From NCBI GenBank assembly GCA_016844955.1, contig JAERTH010000085.1, positions 1,778 through 65,777 of the forward strand: DNA of 64,000 nt. The letters run 5' to 3'. A program made the position numbers and the translations under genes. Below, one piece after another: positions 63,938 through 64,000 of this stretch; the stretch's first letter is position 1, and every line of letters starts with the position of its first letter. The stretch comes from Fidelibacterota bacterium. Lineage in GTDB: Bacteria > Fidelibacterota > UBA8477 > JABMPR01. The notes under the pieces are model-generated. The model saw only the letters and a program-made list of their open reading frames with translations. It searched no databases and had not been told where the DNA came from.

Positions 63938-64000
63938 TGGAGTGTTCTCCTATTCAAATTTTCAATATTAACTTTTATGCTCAGAAGACTCTAACACTAC

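Overview
Gene-dense bacterial chromosome segment of moderate GC, with nearly all genes on the minus strand. It is mostly housekeeping: leuS, clpC, lolCDE-like, lysS, frameshifted prfB, tilS-hpt-ftsH-folP-cdaA, a ccm cytochrome c maturation operon, dxs, pdxST, ispH, gpsA, comEC, ybaB-recR-pgsA-pgpA-cinA-thpR-recA-recX, and five tRNAs. Gene content (Lol system, PorU/PorV-like pair, folP-cdaA synteny) together with E. coli-type sigma70 promoters suggests a diderm FCB-superphylum organism outside Bacteroidota, for example Marinimicrobia-like; this is inference only. The most unusual element is an array of three 109-bp tRNA-Pro-derived units between tRNA-Pro(CGG) and leuS. Each unit keeps the T-arm and 3' acceptor strand, but the anticodon arm is cleanly replaced by an invariant 20-nt palindrome, and several substitutions between copies preserve base pairing. 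Features not shown correctly by the ORF track include an AhpD-like selenoprotein (CxxU plus SECIS-like hairpin), a small ccmD, and a probable AUA start for thpR. Notable proteins are an archaeal-type GAPDH homolog behind a Cys-CcmE (System I*) operon, a mutase with isobutyryl-CoA mutase residues, and an iodotyrosine deiodinase homolog. All calls are by eye; no database searches were run.
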